Source: Eledone cirrhosa
Lineage: Eukaryota
DNA length: 64,000 bases
Direction of reading: 5' to 3'
Assembly (NCBI GenBank): GCA_964016885.1
Contig: OZ024742.1
Span: 335,358,001-335,422,000 of the forward strand
Shown here: positions 1 through 12,670 of the stretch, piece by piece
Position numbering within the stretch: position 1 is the first letter of the stretch
Layout: the number at the start of each line of letters is the position of its first letter
Notes under the pieces: generated by a model
What the model saw: only the letters and a program-made list of their open reading frames with translations
What the model was told of the DNA's origin: nothing
Databases searched by the model: none
Position numbers and translations under genes: made by a program

Positions 1-1341
1 CTGAAAGGTCGGGCGGAGGTGGCGAACACTTATATAGCGTCCGTCATCTACTACCGCCTGACCGTTGTGCCTTGCCCAAGGGAAACGCTCGCCAAAATGG
101 AGCGCGCACTCTTCCAATTCCTTTGGAAGAAGCGGGCTCCTATGGTGAGGAGATCCATCTGCTGTCAACACCCTTCGAAAGGAGGGCTGGGGATGCCGTG
201 GCTAATGATACGTAAACACGCATTAAGGCTACGGCACCTTCAGGTATTCCTCTCCGGTCAACCGGTGTGGGCCCCGTTTGTGAGGCGAGCCTTTCCCAGA
301 CTCGTCTCACTCACCGAGCTGCAATCCTGGGTCAAGCAAAGACCGAGAAAACTGGGCGCCTGGCACACCGAGTGTGCCCAGGCGCTCACGGCTCTCTGGC
401 AGGCAGACCCGGCTGTCAGTGGAGAATCCACCTCGTCATTCTATAGAGGGCCTGTGGTTAGCAGGTGCGACGACGCCCTCGGAGAAGCCCTAGGCATGGA
501 GGAAGACGAACTGGCCAACCTGTTCGGTAGGACATTCAGCCCGGGACCCATGGATAACTTCCAGAGGTCCCTGACCTGGCAATGCTACAGAAGGGCTCTG
601 CCCGTTCGAGAAAGGCTCTACAGACACGGGCTCCCGGGTAGGGACCCCTCGAAAAAGATCTGTCCCAGATGCGTGTGCGACGAGGAAACCGTTGCACACG
701 CATTGGTACACTGCTCGGGCATTGCCGCTCTGTGGGGTTATGTCGAACAACTGCTGTCAAGGGTGGGACCGATCCGGTTGACCACCGAGTCTATTGTAAC
801 GATCAAGCCGCCTCTCCTCTTCAAAATCGAAGAAGAGGCGGTGTTTCTGTGCGTAATAGCCATGACGAAAGAGGTTGTATGGTGGACGCGTCTGAAAGGA
901 CTGAGGTCAGACACCTTTCTCTCTGGCCAACAACTGGTCCGTTTCTTCCGATATCATTTCGGAAGAAGGATCAGGGTGGAGAGAGAGAGGTGCTGCACCC
1001 CAGCCGTTTTTATGAAAGATGGGTGAAAGTGGAGAGAATGGCCCGTGTGAATGGGCCTTCACTCTACATCAGACTATAGGTGAGGAAGATGAAAGACCAA
1101 GGGAGCACCCCTTCTCTGTGCTCCTGAGGAAAAGGGTTGCACACTTTTTTTCGGGGGTGTGTGCGACGCCCCAAGGCGCCTCCTCTCTATTGAGGATTTT
1201 GTTATAAATTTTATTCTGTTATATTTTATTTTATTTTTATATTTTGTTATTGCCTCCTCCTTATTGAGGACGCCTTGTTTTGTAAACTCCCCCCATTCTA
1301 CTTTGCCCACTTTTGATGCCCTGGTGGCAAATAAAAGAAAC
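1..1341 (+). mobile_element. Tx1/L1-clade non-LTR retrotransposon, 3' part (post-RT region, zf-RVT/CCHC, 3' UTR); frameshifted
   Basis: ORF 19-1026 has FLW..K...V....C.....GGLG and CPRC..DEETVAHALVHC. The true C-terminus (EREVLHPSRFYERW...SLYIRL) lies in the other frame ending 1079, indicating a frameshift in the GA run near 980-990. The 3' UTR ends AATAAAAGAAA followed by (TATC)n. Confidence 0.9.
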
Positions 1342-1342
1342 A

Positions 1343-1405
<63 letters not shown>

Positions 1406-1613
1406 ACACGACTGTATGTAAAATCCCCGGCATGTCTTTGTATTGTCCCCTTTCTTGTTGCGCCCTTGTGGCTAATAAAGAAATCTATCTATCTATCAAA
1501 TGTTTGTTTTAATAATGTTTTTACACGACTGTATGTAAAATCCCCGGCATGTGTCTTTGTATTGTCCCCTTTTTCTTGTGCGCCCTTGTGACAAATAAAG
1601 AAATATATCTATC
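1343..1613 (+). repeat. (TATC)n tract plus two stacked ~95-bp Tx1-like 3'-end fragments
   Basis: 1403-1497 and ~1519-1613 are near-duplicates ending CCCTTGTG(G/A)C(T/A)AATAAAGAAAT-(TATC). This matches the 3' end of the Tx1 copy at ~27590. Confidence 0.75.
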
Positions 1614-1873
1614 AAATGTTCCAGTTGATTCAATCAATAGAACAGCCTACTTGTAAAATTATCGTGCAAGTAGCTGAACATTTCACAGATACGTGTAACC
1701 TTAACGTAGTTCTCATATAAAGCTCCGGAATTATAACGTGACTCAGTAGACTGCTGACGAGCGGGTATTCTCCATTTTTCCCTCTTTTCCAAGTGTTCTG
1801 TGTCAATTGCGTATCCCGTGTATCAGTTTTTGACTCATACATATATACATACATATATACATACATATATACG

Positions 1874-1904
<31 letters not shown>

Positions 1905-1924
1905 GCGTGTGAGAGGGGTGTAAT

Positions 1925-2468
1925 CTAAAGGGGTCGTCTTCTTCGCCCAATTATTCCTGAGAGGGTCGTGGGAGCAGAGTCCTCAAACACTCCTTCCAAC
2001 GGATCCTGTCAGAAGCAACCGTTTCCAACTGATCCGACTGGATCCCCAAGAGTGACCAGCCAAGCTCATGGTTGTTATCCAACCATCTTGCTCGGAGTCT
2101 ACCCCTGGGTCTCCTGACTGTTAGTTTTGCCCGTAAAATCTGTCAAGCGATTCTTTCCTGAGACATTCTAACCACATGTCCACAGTATCGGAACTGTGAT
2201 CTCTCAATTTGGGGAAGTAGCAGCTCTACCCGGAGTGACTCTCTGATCTCCGAGCTATGCACGTTATCGAGTAACGTTACTCAAAAGGATCTTCGGAGGA
2301 ATCCCATTTCAGCCTCTTGTATTCGCGATCGTATTCTTTCGGTCATTAGACAAGATTCATGACCATAGGTAAGGGTTGGTCCGAATACAGAATTGAAGAT
2401 AGCTTTTACGTTTACCTCCCTTCTTCTGATTACAGAATGCTGAAGTTTTAGTGTGGCCAACACCAGTA
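1925..2468 (-). mobile_element. RTE-clade LINE 3' fragment
   Basis: Minus-strand ORF contains KAIFNSVFGPTLTYGHES..MTERIRSRIQEAEMGFLRR, typical of the RTE post-RT region. A related copy is at ~41620-41795. Confidence 0.75.
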
Positions 2469-2506
2469 CGAGCTGAGGATCCGCTAAGGTGAAACAATTG
2501 TTCTCG
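2469..2506 (+). ncRNA. Minimal type I hammerhead ribozyme motif at the start of a PLE-like terminal fragment (2469-2602)
   Basis: CGAG-CUGAGGA-UCC GCUAA GGU-GAAAC AAUU GUU-CUCG, with palindromic loop 3. Same family as 54876-54915. Confidence 0.7.
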
Positions 2507-2600
2507 GTATGGTGAACTAACTGTTGTGTTACCACTTCTACCTAACTCGTCCCATGGACTGAGTGCTCTACCACTACGGATATTACCTTCCAGTGTTCTA

Positions 2601-2701
<101 letters not shown>

Positions 2702-2759
2702 CAGCGAGAATCGTATTTCGGCTGGTAGAAAAAGCGAAACGAAACGCAAAATCATAGAA

Positions 2760-3900
2760 ATGCGGTAGTGGTAGTGTATGTGGTAGTGTAGGTGGTAGTG
2801 TAGGTGGTAGTGTAGGTGTTGGTGTAGGAGTTGGTGTAGGTGGTAGTGTATGTGGTGGTTTGGATGTTGCTGTATGTGATAGTGTATGTGGTAGTGTAGG
2901 TGGTAGTGTAGGTTTTGGTGTAGGTGTTGGTGTAGGTGTTGGTGTAGGTGGTAGTGTAGGTGTTGGTTTGGATGATGCTGTATGTGGTAGTGTAGGTGGT
3001 AGTGTATGTGTTGGTGTAGGAGTTGGTGTAGGTGGTAGTGTAGGTGTTGGTTTGGATGATGCTGTATGTGGTAGTGTAGGTGGTAGTGTAGGTGTTGGTG
3101 TAGGAGTTGGTGTAGGTGGTAGTGTAGGTGTTGGTTTGGATGATGTTGTATGTGGTAGTGTATGTGGTAGTGTAGGTTGTAGTGCAGGTGTTGGTGTAGG
3201 AGTTGGTGTAGGTGGTGGTGTATGTGGTGGTTTGGATGATGCTGAATGTGGTAGTGTATGTGGTAGTGTAGGTGGTAGTGTAGGTGGTAGTGTAGGTGGT
3301 AGTGTAGGTGTTGATGTAGGTGGTAGTATATGTGGTGGTTTGGATGATGCTGTATGTGGTAGTGTATGTGGTAGTGTAGGTGGTAGTGTAGGTGGTAGTG
3401 TAGGTGGTAGTGTAGGTGGTAGTGTAGGTGGTAGTGTAGGTGTTGTTGTAGGTGGTAGTGTATGTGGTGGTTTGGATGATGCTGTATGTGGTAGTGTATG
3501 TGGTAGTGTAGGTGGTAGTGTAGGTGTTGGTGTAGGAGGTGGTGTATGTGGTAGTGTATGTGATGCTGTAGCTGTTGGTATAGGTGGTAGTGTATGTGGT
3601 GGTTTGGATGATGATGTATGTGGTAGTGTATGTGGTAGTGTAGGTGGTAGTGTAGGTGTTGGTGTAGGAGGTGGTGTATGTGGTAGTGTATGTGATTTTG
3701 TAGCTGTTGGTGTAGGTGGTAGTGTAGGTGTTGATGTAGGAGTTGGTGTAGGTGGTAGTGTATGTCATAGTGCAGGCGTTGGTATAATTAGTAATGTAGT
3801 GGTGGTATAGCTGGTATAGGTGGTGGTGTAGTGGTAGAGGTGGTGGTATAGTCAATGATGTAGTTGTTAGTGTAAATGGTGGTGTATATGGCAGTGTATG
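2760..3900. repeat. 12-bp minisatellite (GTAGGTGGTAGT variants) with irregular higher-order blocks
   Basis: Direct inspection; a TTGGATGATGCT variant recurs every 60-130 bp. It explains the TTTY and GVG ORFs. Confidence 0.95.
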
Positions 3901-4356
3901 TGGCTAGAGAGGGGAGGGTGTAGGTGGTAGTATATTTAGTAGTAGTAGTAGTAGTAGTAGTGTGTGAGAGAGAGTGTGTGTGTGAGAGAGTGTCTGTGTG
4001 TGTGCGTGTGTGTGTGAGTGTGTGTCTATGTCTGTATATGTATGTGTGTACCTGTGCGTATATATGTGTGTGTGTGTGTGTATATATGTGTGTGTGTATG
4101 TATGTGCGTATGTCTGTGTGTCTGTCTGTATGTATGTGTATGTGTGTCAGTGTGTGTGTGTGTCTTGACAGAGGTTGTGGTGGAATGGGAAGCTAATATT
4201 ATACGGTGAAGACAAACAGATGTTTGTTGACTGTTTAAATCGGTTGAAGAGACAACCGGAAGTTGTTAACAAACGACAGATCTTGTGTTCATTATCAATT
4301 GATATGGAATCGGTAAATTGTCCTCCAGTGATAGAAAGGGGGGGATGTGTGAGTAA

Positions 4357-4972
4357 TAAATAATTGTTTCTACTTTAGGCGGCACAAGACCACAATTTGG
4401 GGGGAAAGGGAAAGTCGATCAAATCGATCCTAGTGTGTTACTGGTACTTTATTTTATCGAACCCGTAAGGATGAAAAGCAAAGCTAACCTTGGCAGGATT
4501 TGAACTCAGATGTTAAAAGGCTGCAACTCTATGCCGCGAAGCAGGGTGTCCGACGCTCTACCGAGACTGCCAATCCACCGTGTGTGTAATCAATAATTGT
4601 TTCTACTTTTGGCACAAGGCCAGCAATTACCCAGTACATTACTGGTGCTTTAATTTAACGACCCCATAAGGATGAAAGGCAAAGTTAACCTCGGCGGTTT
4701 TTGAACTATGAACGTAAAGGGCCATAACTCTATGCTGCAACGCATGGTCCCTGACGCTCTATACTTTGCAGCATAATGAGTAATAAATAATTGTTTCTAC
4801 TTTAGGCACAAGGCCAGCAATTTTCAGTGCATTACTGGTACTTTATTTTATCGACCCTGTAAGGATGAAAGGCAAAGTCAACCTCGGCGGGATTTGAACT
4901 CAGATCGTAAAGGGACGTAACTATGCTGGAAAGCATGGCGTCCGACCCTCTACTGATACTGCCAATCCACCG
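4357..4972 (-). mobile_element. Three tandem tRNA-derived SINEs (Meta-domain-like core, AAT tail)
   Basis: Reverse complement of the consensus GGCGGTGGATTGGCAG...GAGTTCAAATCCCGCC...GCCTTTCATCCTTACGGGGTCGATAAAATAAAGTACCAG...GTAGAAACAATTAT. Further copies at ~5322-5467 (-) and ~5730-5897 (+). Confidence 0.9.
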
Positions 4973-6000
4973 ATGTATTTCTAACACACACATAGCTCAC
5001 AAAAACAAGATGTAGGACAGAACAAAGAGATACAAAAAAAAAATGTAGTCACAGAAAAGCAACTCATTTCTAGAGCAAAATAAATAATACAAGTGTGTTG
5101 GAGGATATAGTATATCTAGGAATTGGAAATGGAACGGACCTCCATCGGTTTCAACGATGAGTGTTCCAATTGCTTGATCGACAAAACAATTTTCTCACTT
5201 TTCTTAACATGCAAATGGCTGAGTATTCCACAAGCATGTTCACCATGGATGTAATTCTCAGAAAGATTCTATGTGACACAAGGTCGGCTCTTTGAATTAC
5301 AGGTGCAATCCATCTTATATTATAATTGTTTCTACTTTAGGCTCAAGGCCAGCAATTTTGGGGGAGGGGAAAGTCGAATAAATCGACCCCAGTGCGTTAC
5401 TGATGCTTTATTTTATCGACCCCGTAAGGATGAAAGGCAAAGCTAACCTCAGCGGGATTTGAACTCTATCAACTTTATAGCTAACCCTTCTAAATATCTG
5501 TGTAATCCACAGACATTTCATGCAATTCTCGGCAAGATTCAACGCGACACGATATGTGACATGGCTTGGCTTTTGAGTTATAGGTACAGACTAGCCAAGT
5601 TCACAAGTCATGGGTTGACACGAGGCGATAGTAAAAACTGCAGTTTGATCGAACACCGTACTTCATGATATGTTAAAAGAACCTCTTAAATAATTGACCA
5701 TGCTGCATTCATAATATTCCTGAGACGTTTTATGACATAGAGTTATGCCCCTTTATGGTCTGAGTTCAAATCTTGCCGAGGTTAGTTTAGCCTTTCATCC
5801 TTACGGGGTCGATAAAATAAAGTACTAGTAATATCTAGGGTCGATTTAATCAATTTCCCCTCACCCAAAATTGTTGGCCTTGTGCCAAAATCAGAAACCA
5901 AAATGTCTGAGACTAATCATATGTGTGTGGGTGTGCGTGTGTGTGCATGTGCGTATGTGTGCGTCTGCGTGTGTACCCGTCTGCGTGTATGTGCATCTGC

Positions 6001-6035
<35 letters not shown>

Positions 6036-6559
6036 TGCGCGAGTATATCCGAGTGCCAGCAAGCCACATGTTCGTAAATATAAGCATTCCACAGACACGT
6101 GTACATTTAATGTAATTCTCGGGGAGATTAAAGCGTATCACAACACAGTGTCATAGTGAATCTCTCTGAGACGTTAAGGACATACGTGACAATAGAATAC
6201 TCAACTACTTACACGTTAATTTATGAGCAGGCTGTTTGTTCCATTGATCGGAAAACTGGAACACGCATCGTTGAAACCGACAATGTTCCATTCCATGTTA
6301 CGTGGACTAAACCAATGACAGTTAAATACCTTTGTTCAAAACACAATATAACTCTAGGAATATACATCAAATTAACATTGCCTCTGGACAATAAGCTGTC
6401 AAACCAATCATATGAGACTTTCACTAATTAAAGTATGATTAAGATTTATGACTAATCAAAAATCTATTAAGATCTATAGATAGCATTGATAAAAATAATA
6501 CATATGATTCACTGTGTAGAGAAAATGTAGTTGACCTGTGTTTCGTTTCAGTCTAGACT

Positions 6560-6947
6560 AAATAATTGTTTCTACTTTTGGCACAAGGCCAGCAATTACC
6601 CAGAACATTACTGGTACTTTATTTTATCGACCCCGTAAGGATGAAAGGCAAAGTTAACCTCGGCGGGATTTGAACTCAGATCGTAAAGGGACGTAACTAT
6701 GCTGGAAAGCATGGCGTCCGACCCTCTACTGATACTGCCAATCCACCGTCTAGACTAAATAATTGTTTCTACTTTAGGCACAAGGCCAGCAAATACCCAG
6801 TTCATTACTGGTACTTTATTTTGTCGACCCCGTAAGGATGAAAGGCAAAGTCAACCTCGGCGGGATTTGAACTCAGATCGTAAAGGGACGTAACTATGCC
6901 GCAAAGCATGGCGTCCGACCCTCTACCGATACTTCCAATCCACCGCC
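6560..6947 (-). mobile_element. Two tandem SINE copies with a triplicated target sequence
   Basis: Same SINE family. CTAGACTAAATAAT occurs before, between and after the two copies. Confidence 0.9.
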
Positions 6948-7354
6948 CTAGACTAAATAATGATATTAAATTAAATAATAAATTCTTATGCTCTGAACAT
7001 AGCGTATATTCGATTTAAGGTAAACTGTAAGTTAGATATGATTACGATTTTTTAATCAAAAGTCTTCTCTGTGAAAGAAATGAAGTGTTTACACTTTCCA
7101 CTATTCCTCCGTTCTCAGATAAACTAAGTGATTACCTTTACGTATTTCGGAGATTTTCATCTCCTTATCAAAAGATAACTTTCCCTATAGTTCTGTATCG
7201 AGGAGTAGTACGATAGGAATGCTATATATGTCAAACTATAAGTAGAATATAGCTGTAATGATAAATCTAATTTGTATGACCAGCATACGTTTGGCGAATA
7301 ATATTTATACTGGAACACAGCGTATGTGTGTGTGAGTGTATGCGTATGTATGTG

Positions 7355-7390
<36 letters not shown>

Positions 7391-8146
7391 ATATAATAAT
7401 AGGTATGAATCGAAGTACTAATCGAGTTGTTTGAGGCGATCAGAAAGCACTCAATAGAGCGGTATGTTAATACATTAGCGTCTAGAGTAAGCACAACAGT
7501 TAAAAAATGTCACCAAGAAAAACGATCGAAGGCAGTGGCCATACATATAACCCAACAACGATAAATACGGAAAGGTCAAAAACGTACCTGGACCATCTCA
7601 TATTGATTAAGATCGATATAATCCATAAAAATATAAAAAATCTCACATAGGTTTCTGGGACTCGTGGAAATTATATAACAAGTCGCATAATGTTCATGCA
7701 ATGCTTGCGTGTTCTTCCACGATGGAACCGGAGAAACCTCATCGGCAGGCTTCGTTCCTTATGTCCAAAGTTCGGTCTGACAACAAAGACATTCTCGCGA
7801 TAGGAGTAATTCTGCCTTAATAGAGCGGTATATTAATACATTACCGTCTAGAATAAACATACACATATATACAAAGTCTGTTTACATTTGCGGTTACATT
7901 TTCAAAGCTGTTTGATTCAGCATTCTAATTTAGACGAGGATTGTTGTCAAGTGGGCCCTGAACTCAATGGCTTGAACGCTCAGCTGGTATCTGGGAAATA
8001 TGCGGTTCTATCGCTCGTAGCGACCATTGAACTTTTTTTTCTCGACTATAAGGAGTTGTTACCTGATTTTTGAAGCTATATATAACAACCGACTGCAATT
8101 AGTTATTTTCTTTGTCTGAATATTTTTTGCGAATGTAAACTCGGCC

Positions 8147-8277
8147 GAAGAAGAAGAAGAAGAAGAAGAAGAAGAAGAAGAAGAAGAAGAAGAAGAAGAA
8201 GAAGAAGAAGAAGAAGAAGAAGAAGAAGAAGAAGAAGAAGAAGAAGAAGAAGAAGAAGAAGATTATTATTATTATTA
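8147..8277. repeat. (GAA)n then (TAT)n microsatellite
   Basis: Direct inspection. Confidence 0.97.
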
Positions 8278-9705
8278 TAAGTGTGGAGTCCTAGTGATGA
8301 AGAGGGGTAAATTGAGCAGAAGCAACGGAATCCAGGTACAAACAGGTGAGATGATAAAGGAAATCGACACTGAGGAGGGATACAAATATTTAGGTGTTCT
8401 GGAGGCAGATGACATCAAGAACAAAAAAATGAAAGAATTGATAAGATCTGAGTGCATAAGGAGAGTAAGGAGCGTACTAAAATCACATCTATATAGTAGG
8501 AATTCATAAGTGCAGTAAATTCCCGAGCTGTGTCTATTACTAGGTACAGTGCGGGAATTCTGAAATGGAATGTTGCTGAACAAAAAGAAATGGATAAGAA
8601 GACTAGGAAGCTATTGACTTTCTACAACATGTTCCACAAGAGGAGTGATGTCGATAGACTCTACTTAAAAAGATCTGAAGGTGGAAGTGGTCTTATCAGC
8701 ATAGAGGACTGTGTTCAGATGGAGAAAAACAACATGCACAAGTATGTAACTGACAGTAGGGAGCCAATACTCAATATTGTACTGAAGGAGAAGACAATAG
8801 ACCAGGGGATGTCCAAGGAGGAAATAACAACAAGGAGGAAGAGCAACCTTCATGAAGAATCCCTTCATAGTACCATCTTTAAGAAAACGGAATTTAGAGA
8901 TCCACAGACATGGAACTGGTTAAAAAGAGGAGACCTTAAAAAAGCTACAGAAGGAATCCTAATGGCTGCGCAAGAGCAAGCCCTCAGAACGAAGTGGGTG
9001 AAACACCATATTGACAAGGAGGAGGCTAGCTCACTGTGTAGAATCTGTGGAGAGAGAGAGGAGACTGTGGCTCACATTGTGTCCGAGTGTAAACACCTAG
9101 CCCAGACTCACTATAAAGGCTGGAGACATGATGTGATTGGCAGGGTGATCCACTGGCATCTATGCAAAGTAAACAATTTACCACTTTCGGAGAAGTGGTA
9201 TGAGCATAAGCCAGAGTTGGTGATAGAAAACGATCAGTTGAAGGTGCTATGGGATTTTAGGATACAGACGGACAAAAAGTTAGAACACAATAGGCCTGAC
9301 CTGGTGATTTTGGACAAGGAAAAAAGATCGTGCCTGATTGTAGATGATTGTAGATGTAGCCTGCCCATTTGACACGAGAGTGCAAGAAAAGGAGAGGGAG
9401 AAAATTAACCGATACCAGGATTTAAAGTGGGAGGTAAAAAGGATTTGGAACTGCCATGGTCGTCCCGACTGTTATAGGCGCACTAGGTACTATCTCAAAC
9501 AGTTTCCAAGGATGGTTAAAGAAGATTAGTCCAGCCCCGCTTTTGGAACACTTCAAAAGCATGCTTGCTGGGAACAGCAAGAACCCTCCGATACGTCAAG
9601 AATATCTGAGGCTGCAGGTAGCGGCTTGATATTCATTTCAACAAACTTTCCAGTTAAATAACATCAATGACTGAGACTCAAAGAACAATAATAATAACAA
9701 TAATA
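8278..9705 (+). mobile_element. 5'-truncated R4/Dong-like non-LTR retrotransposon with restriction-like endonuclease; pseudogenised
   Basis: RT end (YKYLGVLE), DVDRLYLKRSEGG.GL, CCHC knuckle CRICGEREETVAHIVSEC, RHD, RPDLVILDK and K..RY motifs. It has a stop near 8507, a frameshift near 9345, and ends in (AAT)n. Confidence 0.9.
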
Positions 9706-9767
9706 TACTTCATTTTCCATGAACTTCATAATCCCTCAGCGCTTCGAAAGTTCGAACTTTGCATACG

Positions 9768-9886
<119 letters not shown>

Positions 9887-9889
9887 TTA

Positions 9890-9966
<77 letters not shown>

Positions 9967-9972
<6 letters not shown>

Positions 9973-10300
9973 AGAAATGTAAGCTATCGCCGTATTTTGA
10001 CTAAAGAAATTAAAGAAATTATTTAGCCTGATAGTGGGGTTAAGAACCCTCAGAGAAATGGAAAAAGATGAGTATTGACGTACATGTGCTGGTGTAAATG
10101 GTAGCACAGTGGTCCGGATAACCAAAGATGTGGGTTCGACTCCCATGTACGTCAATACTCATCTTTTTCCATTTCTCTGAGGGTTCTTAACCCCACTATC
10201 AGGCTAAATAATTCCTTTAATTTCTTTAGTCAAAATACGGCGATAGCTTACATTTCTAATAATTTCAAACCCACTCGCTGTTTCGAAAATATTCTTACTT
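9967..10300 (+). mobile_element. Fold-back element: 120-bp inverted arms around a tRNA-like core, embedded in (TA)n
   Basis: 9967-10086 is the reverse complement of 10144-10263 (one mismatch seen). The spacer is a pseudo-tRNA and a ~37-nt unpaired 3' tail follows. Confidence 0.85.
10086..10154 (+). pseudogene. tRNA-like cloverleaf (pseudo-tRNA / Pol III promoter head)
   Basis: D arm GTGT-AAATGGTA-GCAC; anticodon arm TGGT-CCGGATA-ACCA (non-canonical loop); T arm GTGGG-TTCGACT-CCCAT with B box GGTTCGACTCC; acceptor 3' strand GTACGTC. Confidence 0.75.
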
Positions 10301-10301
10301 G

Positions 10302-10398
<97 letters not shown>

Positions 10399-10549
10399 TT
10401 GAGTATATGTTAGTTGTTTATCGACACCTCAGTATGCAGAATAGAGCACTCGACGAAGTACGCAGGTTGGTTTGTTTACTCCGGAGTAATGTAAAATAAT
10501 TAAGTCAAATATGTAAAATTTGGCTTTGTTTATTATAAATTATAGATAT

Positions 10550-10604
10550 ACTGCTATATATATTTCGGTGACAGCCATCATTGGCTGTGACCTCTTCAGG
10601 CAGT
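10550..10604 (-). ncRNA. Type I hammerhead ribozyme motif
   Basis: Minus strand: ACUGC-CUGAAGA-GGUCACAGCCA AUGA UGGCUGUCACC-GAAAU AUAU AUA-GCAGU. Confidence 0.8.
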
Positions 10605-10797
10605 CCGAATTGGTGTGGGAGAGACAGGTACACATGCTGTTGAAGTTTGTTTTACTCCGTCAATACATTGATATGTCCAGATCCTGGTTGTGTTGTTATT
10701 TCTCTGAGGAACTGGAATCATATGAATTAGAACAAACGAATTTCGTCATGAGAGAGTGTCCTATGACGCCGAAATTCGTCATAGGACACTCTCAAAC

Positions 10798-10858
10798 AAG
10801 AATTGAACCCAAGGCCAAGATCTCCAGCATCTCTAGTACCTACCGCTAGGCCACTGAG
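10798..10858 (-). other. Degenerate tRNA-like A/B-box head next to a 17-bp hairpin (10752-10793)
   Basis: Minus strand CTCAGTGGCCTAGCGGTAGG ... GGGTTCAATTCT. Hairpin GAGAGTGTCCTATGACG/CGTCATAGGACACTCTC. Confidence 0.55.
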
Positions 10859-11261
10859 ACAACTACGAAAATCTTATGAAAGTTCGTACTTATAAACCTA
10901 CTTTCAAAATCTTCAAAACAACGTGTTGTAGTGTCCTTCATGTCTTTCTTAATGTTATTGCTCCTACTTAAGGTCGACTTATAAATCATTTGGGTGTTCC
11001 ATAAACTATATCCTCGTTTTGTTTCTCATTTATCTAGACTATATTTTAACCTGTAACCCATGTTTCATTTCTGTTGCACCTCATTTCTCCTCCCTCCCTC
11101 TCTCTCTCTATCTCTCTCTTCCTCTCTTTCTCTCTTTCTCTGTCTCTCTCTCTCTCTGTCTTTCTCTCTGTGATATTTGAATCTACTATGATTTGAGCTT
11201 ACTTTATTCATATATATATATAATGTTTTTGAATGTATATATATGTTTTTGAATGTATATA

Positions 11262-11366
<105 letters not shown>

Positions 11367-11433
11367 CTTTCTTTTTCTCTCGTTCCGTCTCTCTTTTCAC
11401 CCTTCTCTTCTTCTATATTTCTTTCATTAACTC

Positions 11434-11514
<81 letters not shown>

Positions 11515-11855
11515 TCATTGTTCTGTATCTTTCCATATGAAGTAGCCGATCATTAAATAAACATGGCGTCCATTTCAATATGTCTTTCACTGTGGACGTT
11601 GTTTCCTATTATAACTGTTTAGAACACAAAACATTTGTCACTTTCCATCAACCATTAGCTTCAACATATTTTGCAATGCAGATACAATTGTTGTTGTTGT
11701 TGATGATGATTATGATGATGATGTTGTTGTTGTTGTTTTTGTTATTGATGATGATGTTGTAGTTATTGTTGTTGAAGACGCTGCTGTTGCTGCTACGATA
11801 TTTTTGATTTGGTTCTATTATTATTATTGTTATTATTATTATTATTATTATTATT

Positions 11856-12052
11856 AAGGGCGGTGGATTGGCAGTATTGGTAGAGGGTCGGACGCCATGC
11901 TTTGCAGCAAAGAGTTACGGCCCTTTATGGTCTGAGTTCAAATCCCGCTGGGGTTAACTTTGCCTTTCATCCTTACGGGGTCGATAAAATAAAGTACCAG
12001 TAATACACTGGGATAATTGCTGGCCTTCTGCCAAATGTAGAAATAATAATTA
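11856..12052 (+). mobile_element. Full-length tRNA-derived SINE inserted in a (TAT)n tract
   Basis: Matches the family consensus from AAGGGCGGTGGATTGG to GTAGAAATAATAAT. Confidence 0.9.
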
Positions 12053-12085
12053 TTATTATCCAAATTATTGAAAGTAGTAATGGCG

Positions 12086-12146
<61 letters not shown>

Positions 12147-12275
12147 CAGCAGCAGCAGCAGCAGTAGTAGTACTAGTAGTAGTAGTAGTAGTAGTAGTAC
12201 TAGTAGTATTAGTAGTTGTTCTTGTTGTCTGACGTTATTCTCTTTATTGCTGTGGTTGTTATACTTTCGATGCGC

Positions 12276-12309
<34 letters not shown>

Positions 12310-12634
12310 GCCATTATGATCATCATCATCATCATCCTCACTATCATCATTATCATCATTATTGTTGTCGTTGTTATCGTTGTCGTCATCATCATCGTCA
12401 TCATCATCATCATCATCATCATCATCACAGTCATCATTATGAACATCTTTAACACAGTAAATACTACCACCACCACCACAACAACAACCACCATCAGTGG
12501 TGGTGGTGGTGGTGGTGGTGGTGGTGGTATCGTTGTGGTGATGATAGTGGAGGCGAGGTTGTTAACATTTCAGTCTAAACAGAAAAGAATAAAAAAGTTA
12601 AACATAAAGAAACAAACACAGAGACAAAGAAGGA

Positions 12635-12670
<36 letters not shown>

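Noticed and set aside
2752-3855. 367-aa Thr/Tyr-rich and 316-aa Gly/Val-rich ORFs resembling mucin or structural proteins
   Set aside because: Both are translations of a 12-bp minisatellite open on both strands, with no signal peptide or unique coding flank.
10086-10154. Functional tRNA gene
   Set aside because: The anticodon loop lacks U33 and purine 37, and the acceptor 5' strand is truncated by the inverted arm. Kept only as a pseudo-tRNA.
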